Assembly (NCBI GenBank): GCA_016187105.1
Contig: JACPKK010000001.1
Span: 1-52,130 of the forward strand
DNA from: Candidatus Curtissbacteria bacterium
GTDB taxonomy: Bacteria; Patescibacteriota; Microgenomatia; Curtissbacterales; GWA2-41-24
Direction: 5' to 3'
Length of the DNA stretch: 52,130 nucleotides
Both the position numbers and the translations under genes were made by a program. Below, in pieces: positions 25,363 through 32,492 of the stretch. Position 1 is the stretch's first letter, and each line of letters opens with the position of its first letter. The notes under the pieces were generated by a model that was not told the DNA's origin, did not search any database, and saw nothing but the letters and a program-made list of their open reading frames with translations.

Positions 25363-25840
25363 GCTTTAGGCCCTGTCTGCCGGCAGGCAGGCTCTTTGAT
25401 AATTTTGCCAGTTCTTTTTCAAAATCCGAAAGGTCGGCAAATTGTCTATAAACAGACGCGAACCTGATGTAGGCAACTTCGTCCAGCTTTTTCAGTTTAC
25501 GGATTACGAGTTCGCCGATCCTTTTTGACAAAACTTCGTCTTTGCCGTCTTTTCTTAAATCCCCTTCTACCTCATCGATAATCTTTTCAATATCGTCGGC
25601 CGAAACCGGCCGCTTCTCGCACGATTTGATAATACCGCTTCGCAATTTGCTTCTATCAAAAATTTCCCTCTTGCCGTCCTTTTTAATAACTAAAAGATCA
25701 AGCGTTTCAACCCTCTCGAAGGTTGTAAACCGGCGGCTACATTTTTGGCACTGGCGCCTGCGCCTAGTTGTTTTACCGTCGGTGCCTTCTCTTTTATCGA
25801 TAACCGCAGTCTTATCGAAGCTACAAAACGGACAAATCAC
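25340..25840 (-). CDS. nrdR: Transcriptional repressor NrdR
   Basis: MICPFCSFDKTAVIDKRE...CQKCSRRFTTFE is the zinc ribbon, followed by an ATP-cone. It has a GTG start with the SD AAGAGGAAG. It overlaps the nrdJ start by 23 nt. Confidence 0.9.
   Translation of the reverse strand: MICPFCSFDKTAVIDKREGTDGKTTRRRRQCQKCSRRFTTFERVETLDLLVIKKDGKREIFDRSKLRSGIIKSCEKRPVSADDIEKIIDEVEGDLRKDGKDEVLSKRIGELVIRKLKKLDEVAYIRFASVYRQFADLSDFEKELAKLSKSLPAGRQGLKHEKVEPN
25371..25391. repeat. 21-bp palindrome CCCTGTCTGCCGGCAGGCAGG in the nrdR 3' tail (encodes SLPAGRQG)
   Basis: Read directly from the sequence. Confidence 0.8.
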
Positions 25841-25951
25841 GTAAGCTTCCTCTTACACATTAATTTATACTGCCCTTTTTATGAAAACGTGGCGTTTGGC
25901 AAGCAGACTTGTTTTACCGAACCTGACTCGGTTTCACGAATTTGCCAAAAG

Positions 25952-25965
25952 CACAATATATTGTG
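25952..25965. promoter_or_regulatory. NrdR box 1 (CACAATATATTGTG)
   Basis: A perfect 14-bp palindrome matching the NrdR-box consensus acaCwAtATaTwGtgt. Confidence 0.7.
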
Positions 25966-25975
25966 GTCTAATTTC

Positions 25976-26005
25976 AGCTTAGACACTAGATCTAGTTCTT
26001 GTCAA
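25976..26005 (-). promoter_or_regulatory. Putative nrdR-nrdJ promoter (TTGACA-N18-TAAGCT)
   Basis: The minus strand reads ctcTTGACAagaactagatctagtgtcTAAGCT. Confidence 0.4.
25983..25996. promoter_or_regulatory. NrdR box 2 (ACACTAGATCTAGT)
   Basis: A palindrome 31 bp centre-to-centre from box 1, the typical tandem spacing. It lies in the -35/-10 spacer. Confidence 0.6.
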
Positions 26006-26090
26006 GAGGGCAAAGTTTACTCCAAACCGGTAAAGGCTGGATGATTATAACCCAAAGAAAACCCGAAAGTCAATATCCAAAAAGGCAGAT

Positions 26091-26393
26091 TTAATTAACA
26101 AAACCTAGAAGATCTTTAGATTCGTCGGACATCTTGTTTGGGCTCCAGGGTGGGTCAAAAGTAAGTTCGACGGAGACGTCGGAGACGCCTTTTAGGGATT
26201 TGAGCTTGCCGGTAATGTCTTGAACAAAATAGGAATCCAGTGGGCAACCGGGGGTAGTAAGGGTCATAAGGACATTAATTTTAGAACCTTCAATGTTTAC
26301 TCCGTAGACAAGGCCTAAATCGATAATATTGACTCCAAGCTCCGGATCGAGGCAGTGTTTTAGCTTTTCGATAATCTCTTCCTGTGAAACCAT
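26091..26393 (-). CDS. DUF59 (SufT/MIP18-like) Fe-S assembly domain protein
   Basis: 100 aa. Motifs: LKHCLDPELGVNIIDLGLVYGV and TLTTPGCPL. Confidence 0.75.
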   Translation of the reverse strand: MVSQEEIIEKLKHCLDPELGVNIIDLGLVYGVNIEGSKINVLMTLTTPGCPLDSYFVQDITGKLKSLKGVSDVSVELTFDPPWSPNKMSDESKDLLGFVN

Positions 26394-26435
26394 GTGACAA
26401 GCTAACTATAGCAGTCGCATGTACAAAGAGTCAAT

Positions 26436-26464
26436 TTGACTTAGGTGTTCTATTTGACTAACCT
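26436..26464 (+). promoter_or_regulatory. Putative promoter (TTGACT-N17-TAACCT) for ORF 26496
   Basis: Read directly from the sequence. It is followed by the strong SD AAAGGAGGTGAT. Confidence 0.4.
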
Positions 26465-26495
26465 GAAGTTAGATAGTCTAAAAGGAGGTGATTTT

Positions 26496-26900
26496 GTGAC
26501 AAACGAAAAACTGATTAGTTTCTTTGGCTTCTGGCTTGCCAATGCTTTAGCAGTTTTGGCGGCGGCCTTGGTCTTCAAGGGCAATATTGTGCTGGGGACT
26601 GACAAGGTTTCGATGCCGATGGCGGCAGTTATTGCCGGGTTTACCGTAACGGTACTAACGACACTGGTTGCACCGGCCGTAGACAGAACCGGCTATAAGG
26701 TAAAAGACAAAAGGCTTTGGGTTGTTATCTACCTCTTGGCCAATTTGTTAATTCTTTGGATCATAAAAAGATTTGCGCTTGTGTTGGGGCTGGGGATCTC
26801 GGGCATTATTTATGTGGTAATTTTAGGTGTTATCCTAACCGCAGTGCAGTGGGGCGTGGTAGCGGCGACGGGATCGATGATTAAGGCGAAAAAAGGGTAA
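26496..26900 (+). CDS. Small 4-TM membrane protein (holin-family-4/DUF360-like, low confidence)
   Basis: I chose the GTG at 26496 because AAAGGAGGTGATttt precedes it. The track start at 26445 has no SD. Confidence 0.55.
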   Translation: MTNEKLISFFGFWLANALAVLAAALVFKGNIVLGTDKVSMPMAAVIAGFTVTVLTTLVAPAVDRTGYKVKDKRLWVVIYLLANLLILWIIKRFALVLGLGISGIIYVVILGVILTAVQWGVVAATGSMIKAKKG

Positions 26901-26911
26901 GTAGAGACCAA

Positions 26912-27979
26912 TTACTTGATAAGGGGCGCTACCTTTTCGAAAAGCTTTTCGGCGGCAAGCTGGTGGACGTATTCATTGGGGTGAAAATCAAATTTACTGG
27001 CGATTAAATCCCGGCTCTTTTGATTTTTTAGATCATCAAGTAAATCAATAACTTCTGCCCCCCCGCTTTTAAAAACCTCGGCCATCAGCTGGTGAGCGCC
27101 GGCGGCTGGATAGTCAGGCAATAGATTGACAAAGGGAAAGATAATAACTACAACTTTTTCCCTATCGCTTTTTAGATCGTTTAAAAATGCGGTTATTATT
27201 TTTTCATGCCTTTGGAGAGTTTGCTCTTCCTGATATCTATCCAAATCCGCAGTCCCTAACTGCTGGAATGTTTTCTCGTATCTTGCCGAAAGTTTCCAAT
27301 AAAGATAATCAAAAAAGTATGAATAATTGGAGAAAAAGCTTATAACTTTTGCGGTCTGGCTGGCGCGAGCAATTATGGGGGCGCCAGTTGTGGTGTCTTC
27401 CGGCTGAATGTCGTTTAAAAAATACTCCCAGACAATAATGTCGCACTTGAGGAATTCTGTCTCTTTATAAACTCTGATTTCTGCCTCGGTATCGTAACCG
27501 GACCTGCCAAGATTATAAACTTCGACACTACGACCTGAATCGCGAAGTTTCTTCTGGAGAAGATTTGAGAACCTATCTTCAACTCTTTTTATACCGCCGC
27601 CAAAGGTTATAGAGTCGCCGAGCGCGCAAATTCTGGCAGTACCATCTTTTTTATTCTCAAAATTCCTATCTCTCATGAAATCGCTGTTGAAGACAACGTG
27701 CCTTGCATGCCACCTTTGGTTAACTTTCAAAAACCCCAAGCCGTCCGACTCATCGTATTGATAACGAAAATAAGCTTCAAAGGCGCAAAGGGCCAGAATC
27801 AAAGAAAAAACTGTAAACAATAAGGAAATAAGCAGTTTTTTCCGATTTTGAGAAAGCCCAGATTTATAAATTTTATAAGAACTAAACGGCAAGACGATCA
27901 AGGAAAGGATGATGAGAAGCAGGTAAAAAGCAAAGTCCGTTAAAAAGTATGAGAGACGGGCCCAAGCGGTAAAAAGCAT
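26912..27979 (-). CDS. Membrane-anchored SGNH/GDSL-family hydrolase
   Basis: 355 aa with 2 N-terminal TM segments. ICALGDSITFGGG is GDS block I. Confidence 0.6.
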   Translation of the reverse strand: MLFTAWARLSYFLTDFAFYLLLIILSLIVLPFSSYKIYKSGLSQNRKKLLISLLFTVFSLILALCAFEAYFRYQYDESDGLGFLKVNQRWHARHVVFNSDFMRDRNFENKKDGTARICALGDSITFGGGIKRVEDRFSNLLQKKLRDSGRSVEVYNLGRSGYDTEAEIRVYKETEFLKCDIIVWEYFLNDIQPEDTTTGAPIIARASQTAKVISFFSNYSYFFDYLYWKLSARYEKTFQQLGTADLDRYQEEQTLQRHEKIITAFLNDLKSDREKVVVIIFPFVNLLPDYPAAGAHQLMAEVFKSGGAEVIDLLDDLKNQKSRDLIASKFDFHPNEYVHQLAAEKLFEKVAPLIK

Positions 27980-28025
27980 TGTCTTATTCTTAGAAAGCTT
28001 TAGCTTTCGCAGAACGGCTTAGGCT

Positions 28026-28054
28026 ATTCTATTTTTTAACTGGGGGTTTGGCAA
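28026..28054 (-). promoter_or_regulatory. Putative promoter (TTGCCA-N17-TAGAAT) for ORF 26912..27979
   Basis: The minus strand reads tctcTTGCCAaacccccagttaaaaaaTAGAAT. Confidence 0.4.
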
Positions 28055-28131
28055 GAGATAAGACCTTGAGTTTAAAATTTGCTCGAGATGAAATATTTTA
28101 CTCATTTGAAGCTAAATTATTGTTGTCGGTA

Positions 28132-28137
28132 TATAAT
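28132..28137 (+). promoter_or_regulatory. -10 box TATAAT 6 nt before the MTHFS ATG (leaderless candidate)
   Basis: The sequence reads ggTATATAATtgctttATG, with no SD. Confidence 0.4.
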
Positions 28138-28143
28138 TGCTTT

Positions 28144-28758
28144 ATGGAAATTTCTAAAAGTGAGTTAAGAAAAAGCTTAATTGCAAAAAGATCTGGTCTT
28201 TCCACAAAAAGTGTTGAAGAAAAAAGTAGACAGATTGCAAAAAAGATGATGGAAAGCGATCTTTTTTTAAAAACAAAAATTGTTTCGGCATATTTACCAA
28301 TCCGCGGCGAGGTCAGCACAAAACCAATTATTAATTTTTTAATAGAGGCAGGTGTCGAGGTCTATCTGCCAAAATCTTTTGGCGAGGAATATAAGCTGGT
28401 GAGGTTTAAATCGTGGAATGATCTGGAAAAAGGACCTTATGGAATTTTAGAACCTCTTTCTCCTAGTCATCCTGAATTTAGTTCAGGATCTAAAAAGATG
28501 CTGAAACAAGTTCAGCATGACAAAGTGGATATAGATTTAGCATTTATTCCTGGCGTGGCTTTTGATAAAAATGGCGTAAGACTTGGATACGGCAAAGGAG
28601 TTTTTGACAGGCTTTTTGCAAAAAGCGAAGCGACTTTGGTGGGGCTGGCTTATGAATTTCAGATTGTTGACGAGCTTCCCCGAGAAGAACATGATTTGGT
28701 AATGGATTATGTTGTAACCCCATCCTCTGTCATCCTGAGCGGAGCGAAGGATCTATAA
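28144..28758 (+). CDS. 5-formyltetrahydrofolate cyclo-ligase (MTHFS), with an internal and a C-terminal repeat-derived segment
   Basis: LRKSLIAKR..., YLPIRGEV, GPYGILEP, DLAFIPGVAFDKNGVRLGYGKGVFDR. The start was trimmed to ATG 28144. Confidence 0.8.
   Translation: MEISKSELRKSLIAKRSGLSTKSVEEKSRQIAKKMMESDLFLKTKIVSAYLPIRGEVSTKPIINFLIEAGVEVYLPKSFGEEYKLVRFKSWNDLEKGPYGILEPLSPSHPEFSSGSKKMLKQVQHDKVDIDLAFIPGVAFDKNGVRLGYGKGVFDRLFAKSEATLVGLAYEFQIVDELPREEHDLVMDYVVTPSSVILSGAKDL
28466..28521. repeat. Twin-hairpin element inserted in frame in MTHFS
   Basis: Two 8-bp stems: ATCCTGAA-N5-TTCAGGAT (28469..28489) and ATGCTGAA-N5-TTCAGCAT (28498..28518). Together they encode SHPEFSSGSKKMLKQVQHD. Confidence 0.7.
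28729..28753. repeat. Type E-like module GTCATCCTGAGCGGAGCGAAGGATC forming the MTHFS C-terminus (VILSGAKDL)
   Basis: Related to 37090..37127 and 38926..38957. Confidence 0.65.
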
Positions 28759-28761
28759 CCT

Positions 28762-28835
28762 GATTCTGGGCGAGCCCTTCGATTACACTCTGGGCAGTTG
28801 AAGGGCAGTGAGTTATATCGAACTGCCAGAATGAC
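28762..28835 (+). repeat. 74-nt TIR repeat, type A, copy 2
   Basis: See 5436..5509. It lies in the convergent spacer between MTHFS and PCD. Confidence 0.85.
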
Positions 28836-28876
28836 AGTTTAATCGAGGAGTTTGTCAATTTTAGCAGCCACGATAG

Positions 28877-29236
28877 TTACTTCGCTTCGCTCCGTTCCTG
28901 TTCTTGCTGCAATTTATTTATTTTCGCAGCAAGAATGAAATCATTTGTCGAGAGGCCGCCGATGGCGTGGGTAGAAAGTTCGACCTTTACCCTACCCCAA
29001 CCTAATTTGATATCCGGATGATGACCTTCTTCTTCGGCGATCTCCCCTATTTTATTAACAAATGCCAGCGCTTCTTTAAAATCTTTAAATTTAAACTCGC
29101 GGCTAATTGTGTCTGCCCCGTTTTGATTTACGACCTTCCAATCTTTGACCTCTTCAAGATAAGGCTCGATCTCACCTGTGGCCATTGGCTTGGTGCCGCC
29201 TTCGCAGGGAACACATTTTTGATGAGCGAGATTCAT
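28877..29236 (-). CDS. Pterin-4a-carbinolamine dehydratase
   Basis: 119 aa. Motifs: FKDFKEALAFVNKIGEIAEEEGHHPDI and V.ELSTHAIGGLS.NDFILAAKI. Confidence 0.85.
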   Translation of the reverse strand: MNLAHQKCVPCEGGTKPMATGEIEPYLEEVKDWKVVNQNGADTISREFKFKDFKEALAFVNKIGEIAEEEGHHPDIKLGWGRVKVELSTHAIGGLSTNDFILAAKINKLQQEQERSEAK

Positions 29237-29263
29237 ATTGAAATTATATCAGACAAGGGGTGC

Positions 29264-29337
29264 TGGCTGCGGAGCAGGGATTCGAACCCCAATACCATCC
29301 TCCAGAGGGATGTGTCCTACCGTTAGACGACTCCGCA
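29264..29337 (-). tRNA. tRNA-Gln (anticodon CUG), CCA encoded
   Basis: Minus strand folds as TGCGGAG TC GTCT AACGGTA GGAC A CATCC CTCTGGA GGATG GTAT TGGGG TTCGAAT CCCTG CTCCGCA G CCA. It has the U1:A72 pair typical of bacterial tRNA-Gln. Confidence 0.9.
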
Positions 29338-29393
29338 ATGCCCACAATTTTATCATTTTTGGGCTTTTCTAGGAAGCACTAAGGTAAAGATTT

Positions 29394-30521
29394 TTAGATA
29401 TTTTTAATTTTTTCCCAAGGGAACTGGTCCCTTCCGAAATGACCGTAGGCGGCAGTTTCCAGGTAAATCGGTCTTCTTAAATCCAACTCTTCGATTATGC
29501 CCCTGACAGAAGTATCGATTAATTTTTCAATAAAGCTTATAAGCACTTTTTGGGAAACACGGGCAGTGCCGAATGTTTCTACTTCCTGCATCAGAGGCTT
29601 TTTGGCGCCAATAAAATAGGCCAGACTAACTTCGGCTCGGGAGGCAAGTTTATGGGCGACAATGTTTTTGGCAATAAACCTTGCGGCGTACGCGCCGGAT
29701 CTATCTACTTTGGTCGGATCTTTACCGCTGAAACATCCGCCGCCAACCCGGGCGTAACCGCCGTATGTGTCAACGACGATCTTCCTGCCGGTCAGCCCGG
29801 AATCAGAAGCCGGACCGCCAATATGCCAAACCCCAGTCCCGTTAACAATGACCTTGTCTTTAGGAACTTCCAGCCCATAAGTTTCCAAGACTTTGCTGAC
29901 AACATATTTATATAAATCGGCTTTGACTTGCGTGAGCCTTACTTTTTGATCGTGAGGAACAGCAATGACGACTGTCGAAACGCCAACAGGCTTACCGTTT
30001 TTATACTCAACCGTTACCAGTGATTTGCCATCCGGCCTAAGATAGGGAATTGATTTACTTTTTCTCGCATCGTCGATTGCTTTGGTAATTTCGTGAGCGA
30101 GCGTTATCGGTAAAGGCATTAATGACTTAGTTTCGGTGCAAGCAAAACCGAACATGATTCCCTGATCACCGGCTCCGTCATTGTCAACGCCAGCGGCAAT
30201 TTGGGGTGATTGTCCAGATACATAAATTTCTATTGGTGACTGGTAAGTAAAATTAAAGCGCTTTTTAGTGTAGCCTAGGCTTTTAATTTGATTCCTGGAG
30301 ATATCTTCAAGGCTGATGCGGGCGCTGGTTGTCAGTTCGCCGACAATAATGAGTCTGTTTTTAGCAGCCATCGTCTCTATGGCCACACGGCCCTGCTGAT
30401 CTTGGGCCAACACTTCATCCAATATAGCGTCGCTTATCTGGTCACAAATTTTATCCGGATGACCGGCACAAACAGATTCGGAAGTAAAACTTGAGGATAA
30501 TTTTTGTCTTTTTGCGACCAT
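29394..30521 (-). CDS. metK: S-adenosylmethionine synthetase
   Basis: 375 aa. Motifs: GHPDKICDQISDA, GAGDQGIMFGFA, GGGCFSGKDPTKVDRSGAY. Confidence 0.95.
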   Translation of the reverse strand: MVAKRQKLSSSFTSESVCAGHPDKICDQISDAILDEVLAQDQQGRVAIETMAAKNRLIIVGELTTSARISLEDISRNQIKSLGYTKKRFNFTYQSPIEIYVSGQSPQIAAGVDNDGAGDQGIMFGFACTETKSLMPLPITLAHEITKAIDDARKSKSIPYLRPDGKSLVTVEYKNGKPVGVSTVVIAVPHDQKVRLTQVKADLYKYVVSKVLETYGLEVPKDKVIVNGTGVWHIGGPASDSGLTGRKIVVDTYGGYARVGGGCFSGKDPTKVDRSGAYAARFIAKNIVAHKLASRAEVSLAYFIGAKKPLMQEVETFGTARVSQKVLISFIEKLIDTSVRGIIEELDLRRPIYLETAAYGHFGRDQFPWEKIKNI

Positions 30522-30602
30522 ATCTACCTTTTAGGTACAGGCACCGTGGCTAAATTAGGCTCGGTTGCCGGTCCGCCGATGACGGACTCTCTTGATACAA
30601 CA
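30522..30602 (-). ncRNA. Candidate SAM-I-clan riboswitch (SAM-I / SAM-IV / SAM-I/IV-like) in the metK leader
   Basis: The minus strand reads UUGUAUCAAGAGAGUCCGUCAUCGGCGGACCGGCAACCGAGCCUAAUUUAGCCACGGUGCCUGUACCUAAAAGGUAGAU-AUG. Core strings AUCAAGAG, GGCAACC and GGUGCC occur in the SAM-I order. A possible P1 (GUAUC/GAUAU) overlaps the start codon. Confidence 0.45.
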
Positions 30603-30607
30603 AAAAG

Positions 30608-30636
30608 ATTAAAGCATACGGATGAGATTAATTCAA
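30608..30636 (-). promoter_or_regulatory. Putative metK promoter (TTGAAT-N17-TTTAAT)
   Basis: The minus strand reads TTGAATtaatctcatccgtatgcTTTAAT. The predicted TSS gives a leader of about 80 nt that begins at the riboswitch-like sequence. Confidence 0.4.
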
Positions 30637-30655
30637 GACAAAATAGGGAAGCAGA

Positions 30656-31831
30656 TTAAAGCTTGAGCCCTAGAATTTGAGAACATTTGGAGATTAGCTC
30701 GCCGGAGCGGGGCTTTTTCGATTTTACCATTTTGGAAAGTGCCTCAATGGCCGCGGGAGTATTTAAATCATCGTCCATGGCTTTGAAAAAATCGGGGGCA
30801 AGTTTTTTCAGTTCGTTAATTTGCAAATTACCTCCCGCAGATTCCGACTCGAAAGTTTGGGCTAAGAGTTTGGCTCTTTCCAGCTCCTGCTCCTGATAAT
30901 CCCAAGGAGTGCGATAGTGATGCGAAAGGAGAAAAATCCTAATGGCATTTGGGGAATATTTTTTGAGAAGATCGCTAATAAATATCATGTTGCCCAATGA
31001 TTTACTCATTTTCTTGCCCTTACAATAAACCATGGCAGTATGCATCCAAACTTTTACAAATTTTTTGCCGGTTGCGTTTTCGCTTTGGGCAATTTCCGCT
31101 TCATGGTGGGGAAAAATTAAATCTTCTCCCCCGCCATGGATTGTTATGGTCGGGCCCAGATATTTCATGGACATAGCCGAACATTCAATATGCCAACCCG
31201 GTCTACCTTGGCCCCAAGGCGAATCCCAAGCCGGTTCAGCGGGTTTTTCTTTCTGCCAGAGGACAAAATCCAAAGGATCTTTTTTATTGGGGTCAAGGGG
31301 GAAATTACCGCGTTCATTGGCAATTTGCAGCATGGCGTTGTAATCGTATTTAGAAAGTTTGCCAAAGTTTTTATCGCTTGCTACTCTAAAATATACCGAA
31401 CCATTTTTCTCGTAAGATAGACCCTTTTTCAAAAGCACTCCAATGATTCGAATCATTGGAGTAATGTTTTTGGTAGCTTTGGGGAGGTAATCGGGACGAA
31501 GAAAATTGAGAGCGTCCAGATTGCGCAGATGGTTTTGTGTTTCGAGACGACCTAATTTTTGCCAATTAACTTTGAGCGATTTAGCTTTTATTAAAATATC
31601 GTCATCAATATCGGTAACGTTTTGGACATAGGTAACTTTGGCACCTAAAAACCTTAAATATCTCGTTAAAACATCGTAAGTTATAAACGTAAAAGCATGC
31701 CCGAGATGAGTTGTATCGTACGGCGTGATTCCGCAGACATAAATGCCCACGGGTTTTGCAAGGTCAATAATATCTTTCTTGCCACTTAAGGTATTTGTAA
31801 TTTTCACCGGTGATTTATTTTTTAAGGACAA
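30656..31831 (-). CDS. CysRS/MshC-family cysteine ligase (class I catalytic core, no C-terminal anticodon-binding domain)
   Basis: 391 aa. Motifs: YVCGITPYDTTHLGHA (HIGH), YVQNVTDIDDD, GRPGWHIECSAMS, FPHHEAEIAQ, KMSKSLGN, DDDLNTP, after which the protein ends. Confidence 0.75.
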   Translation of the reverse strand: MSLKNKSPVKITNTLSGKKDIIDLAKPVGIYVCGITPYDTTHLGHAFTFITYDVLTRYLRFLGAKVTYVQNVTDIDDDILIKAKSLKVNWQKLGRLETQNHLRNLDALNFLRPDYLPKATKNITPMIRIIGVLLKKGLSYEKNGSVYFRVASDKNFGKLSKYDYNAMLQIANERGNFPLDPNKKDPLDFVLWQKEKPAEPAWDSPWGQGRPGWHIECSAMSMKYLGPTITIHGGGEDLIFPHHEAEIAQSENATGKKFVKVWMHTAMVYCKGKKMSKSLGNMIFISDLLKKYSPNAIRIFLLSHHYRTPWDYQEQELERAKLLAQTFESESAGGNLQINELKKLAPDFFKAMDDDLNTPAAIEALSKMVKSKKPRSGELISKCSQILGLKL

Positions 31832-32492
31832 GGAAATATTCTTCTTTGGGAAATTTTTGACGCATTGCGAGGATTCTTTTGGCGTCTTGAATTTGCGATT
31901 TGTGGGCCATCATCGCCTTGATTTTCGTTTCCCAAACGTCGGTAACTTTGACAATTTTAGCAATTTCGCTTCTTTTGTAGCCCGGCGGAAAATAGATGAA
32001 ATAATTATCGCTTATTGTGTTTCTCATTTTGTCGGTGATGCAGTGATAAAGAATTGTTTTAACAAACGGCAACTTTTGGCAGACGAAGCTTGTGGCCATA
32101 GAGACAGTAATATGGTCGATATGGCCGGAAACGCCCCTTGGCTCAAAGGTGATGACGGTTTGCGGTTTTAAGCGCTTGAGGTGAACTTCGATTTTTGCGG
32201 CAAGCTCGTGATAAAGAGAATTTGAGAGCGTACCGTCGACAAAGGCTAGAAAATAGACTTTTTTAACGCCCAATATTTTGGCAGACGGCCTTAATTCCCT
32301 TTCCCTGGTTTTGCCTAAATTTTTGTGATTGCCGGAATTTTTCCCAGCTTCTCCCTTAGTGGCACAGAGGAGATAAACGTCGTGAGTCTTGGTAAATTTA
32401 TGGATGGTTCCAGAAGGACCAAAGGCTTCATCGTCGGGATGGGCGAGGACGGCAACGACTGTTTTTCTACTTTTTCTTTTTTGCAAGCTCAC
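31815..32492 (-). CDS. PIG-L/LmbE-family N-acetylglucosaminyl deacetylase (MshB/BshB-like)
   Basis: 225 aa. Motifs: VVAVLAHPDDEAFG and GHIDHITV (HxDH). It overlaps both neighbouring genes. Confidence 0.8.
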   Translation of the reverse strand: MSLQKRKSRKTVVAVLAHPDDEAFGPSGTIHKFTKTHDVYLLCATKGEAGKNSGNHKNLGKTRERELRPSAKILGVKKVYFLAFVDGTLSNSLYHELAAKIEVHLKRLKPQTVITFEPRGVSGHIDHITVSMATSFVCQKLPFVKTILYHCITDKMRNTISDNYFIYFPPGYKRSEIAKIVKVTDVWETKIKAMMAHKSQIQDAKRILAMRQKFPKEEYFLVLKK

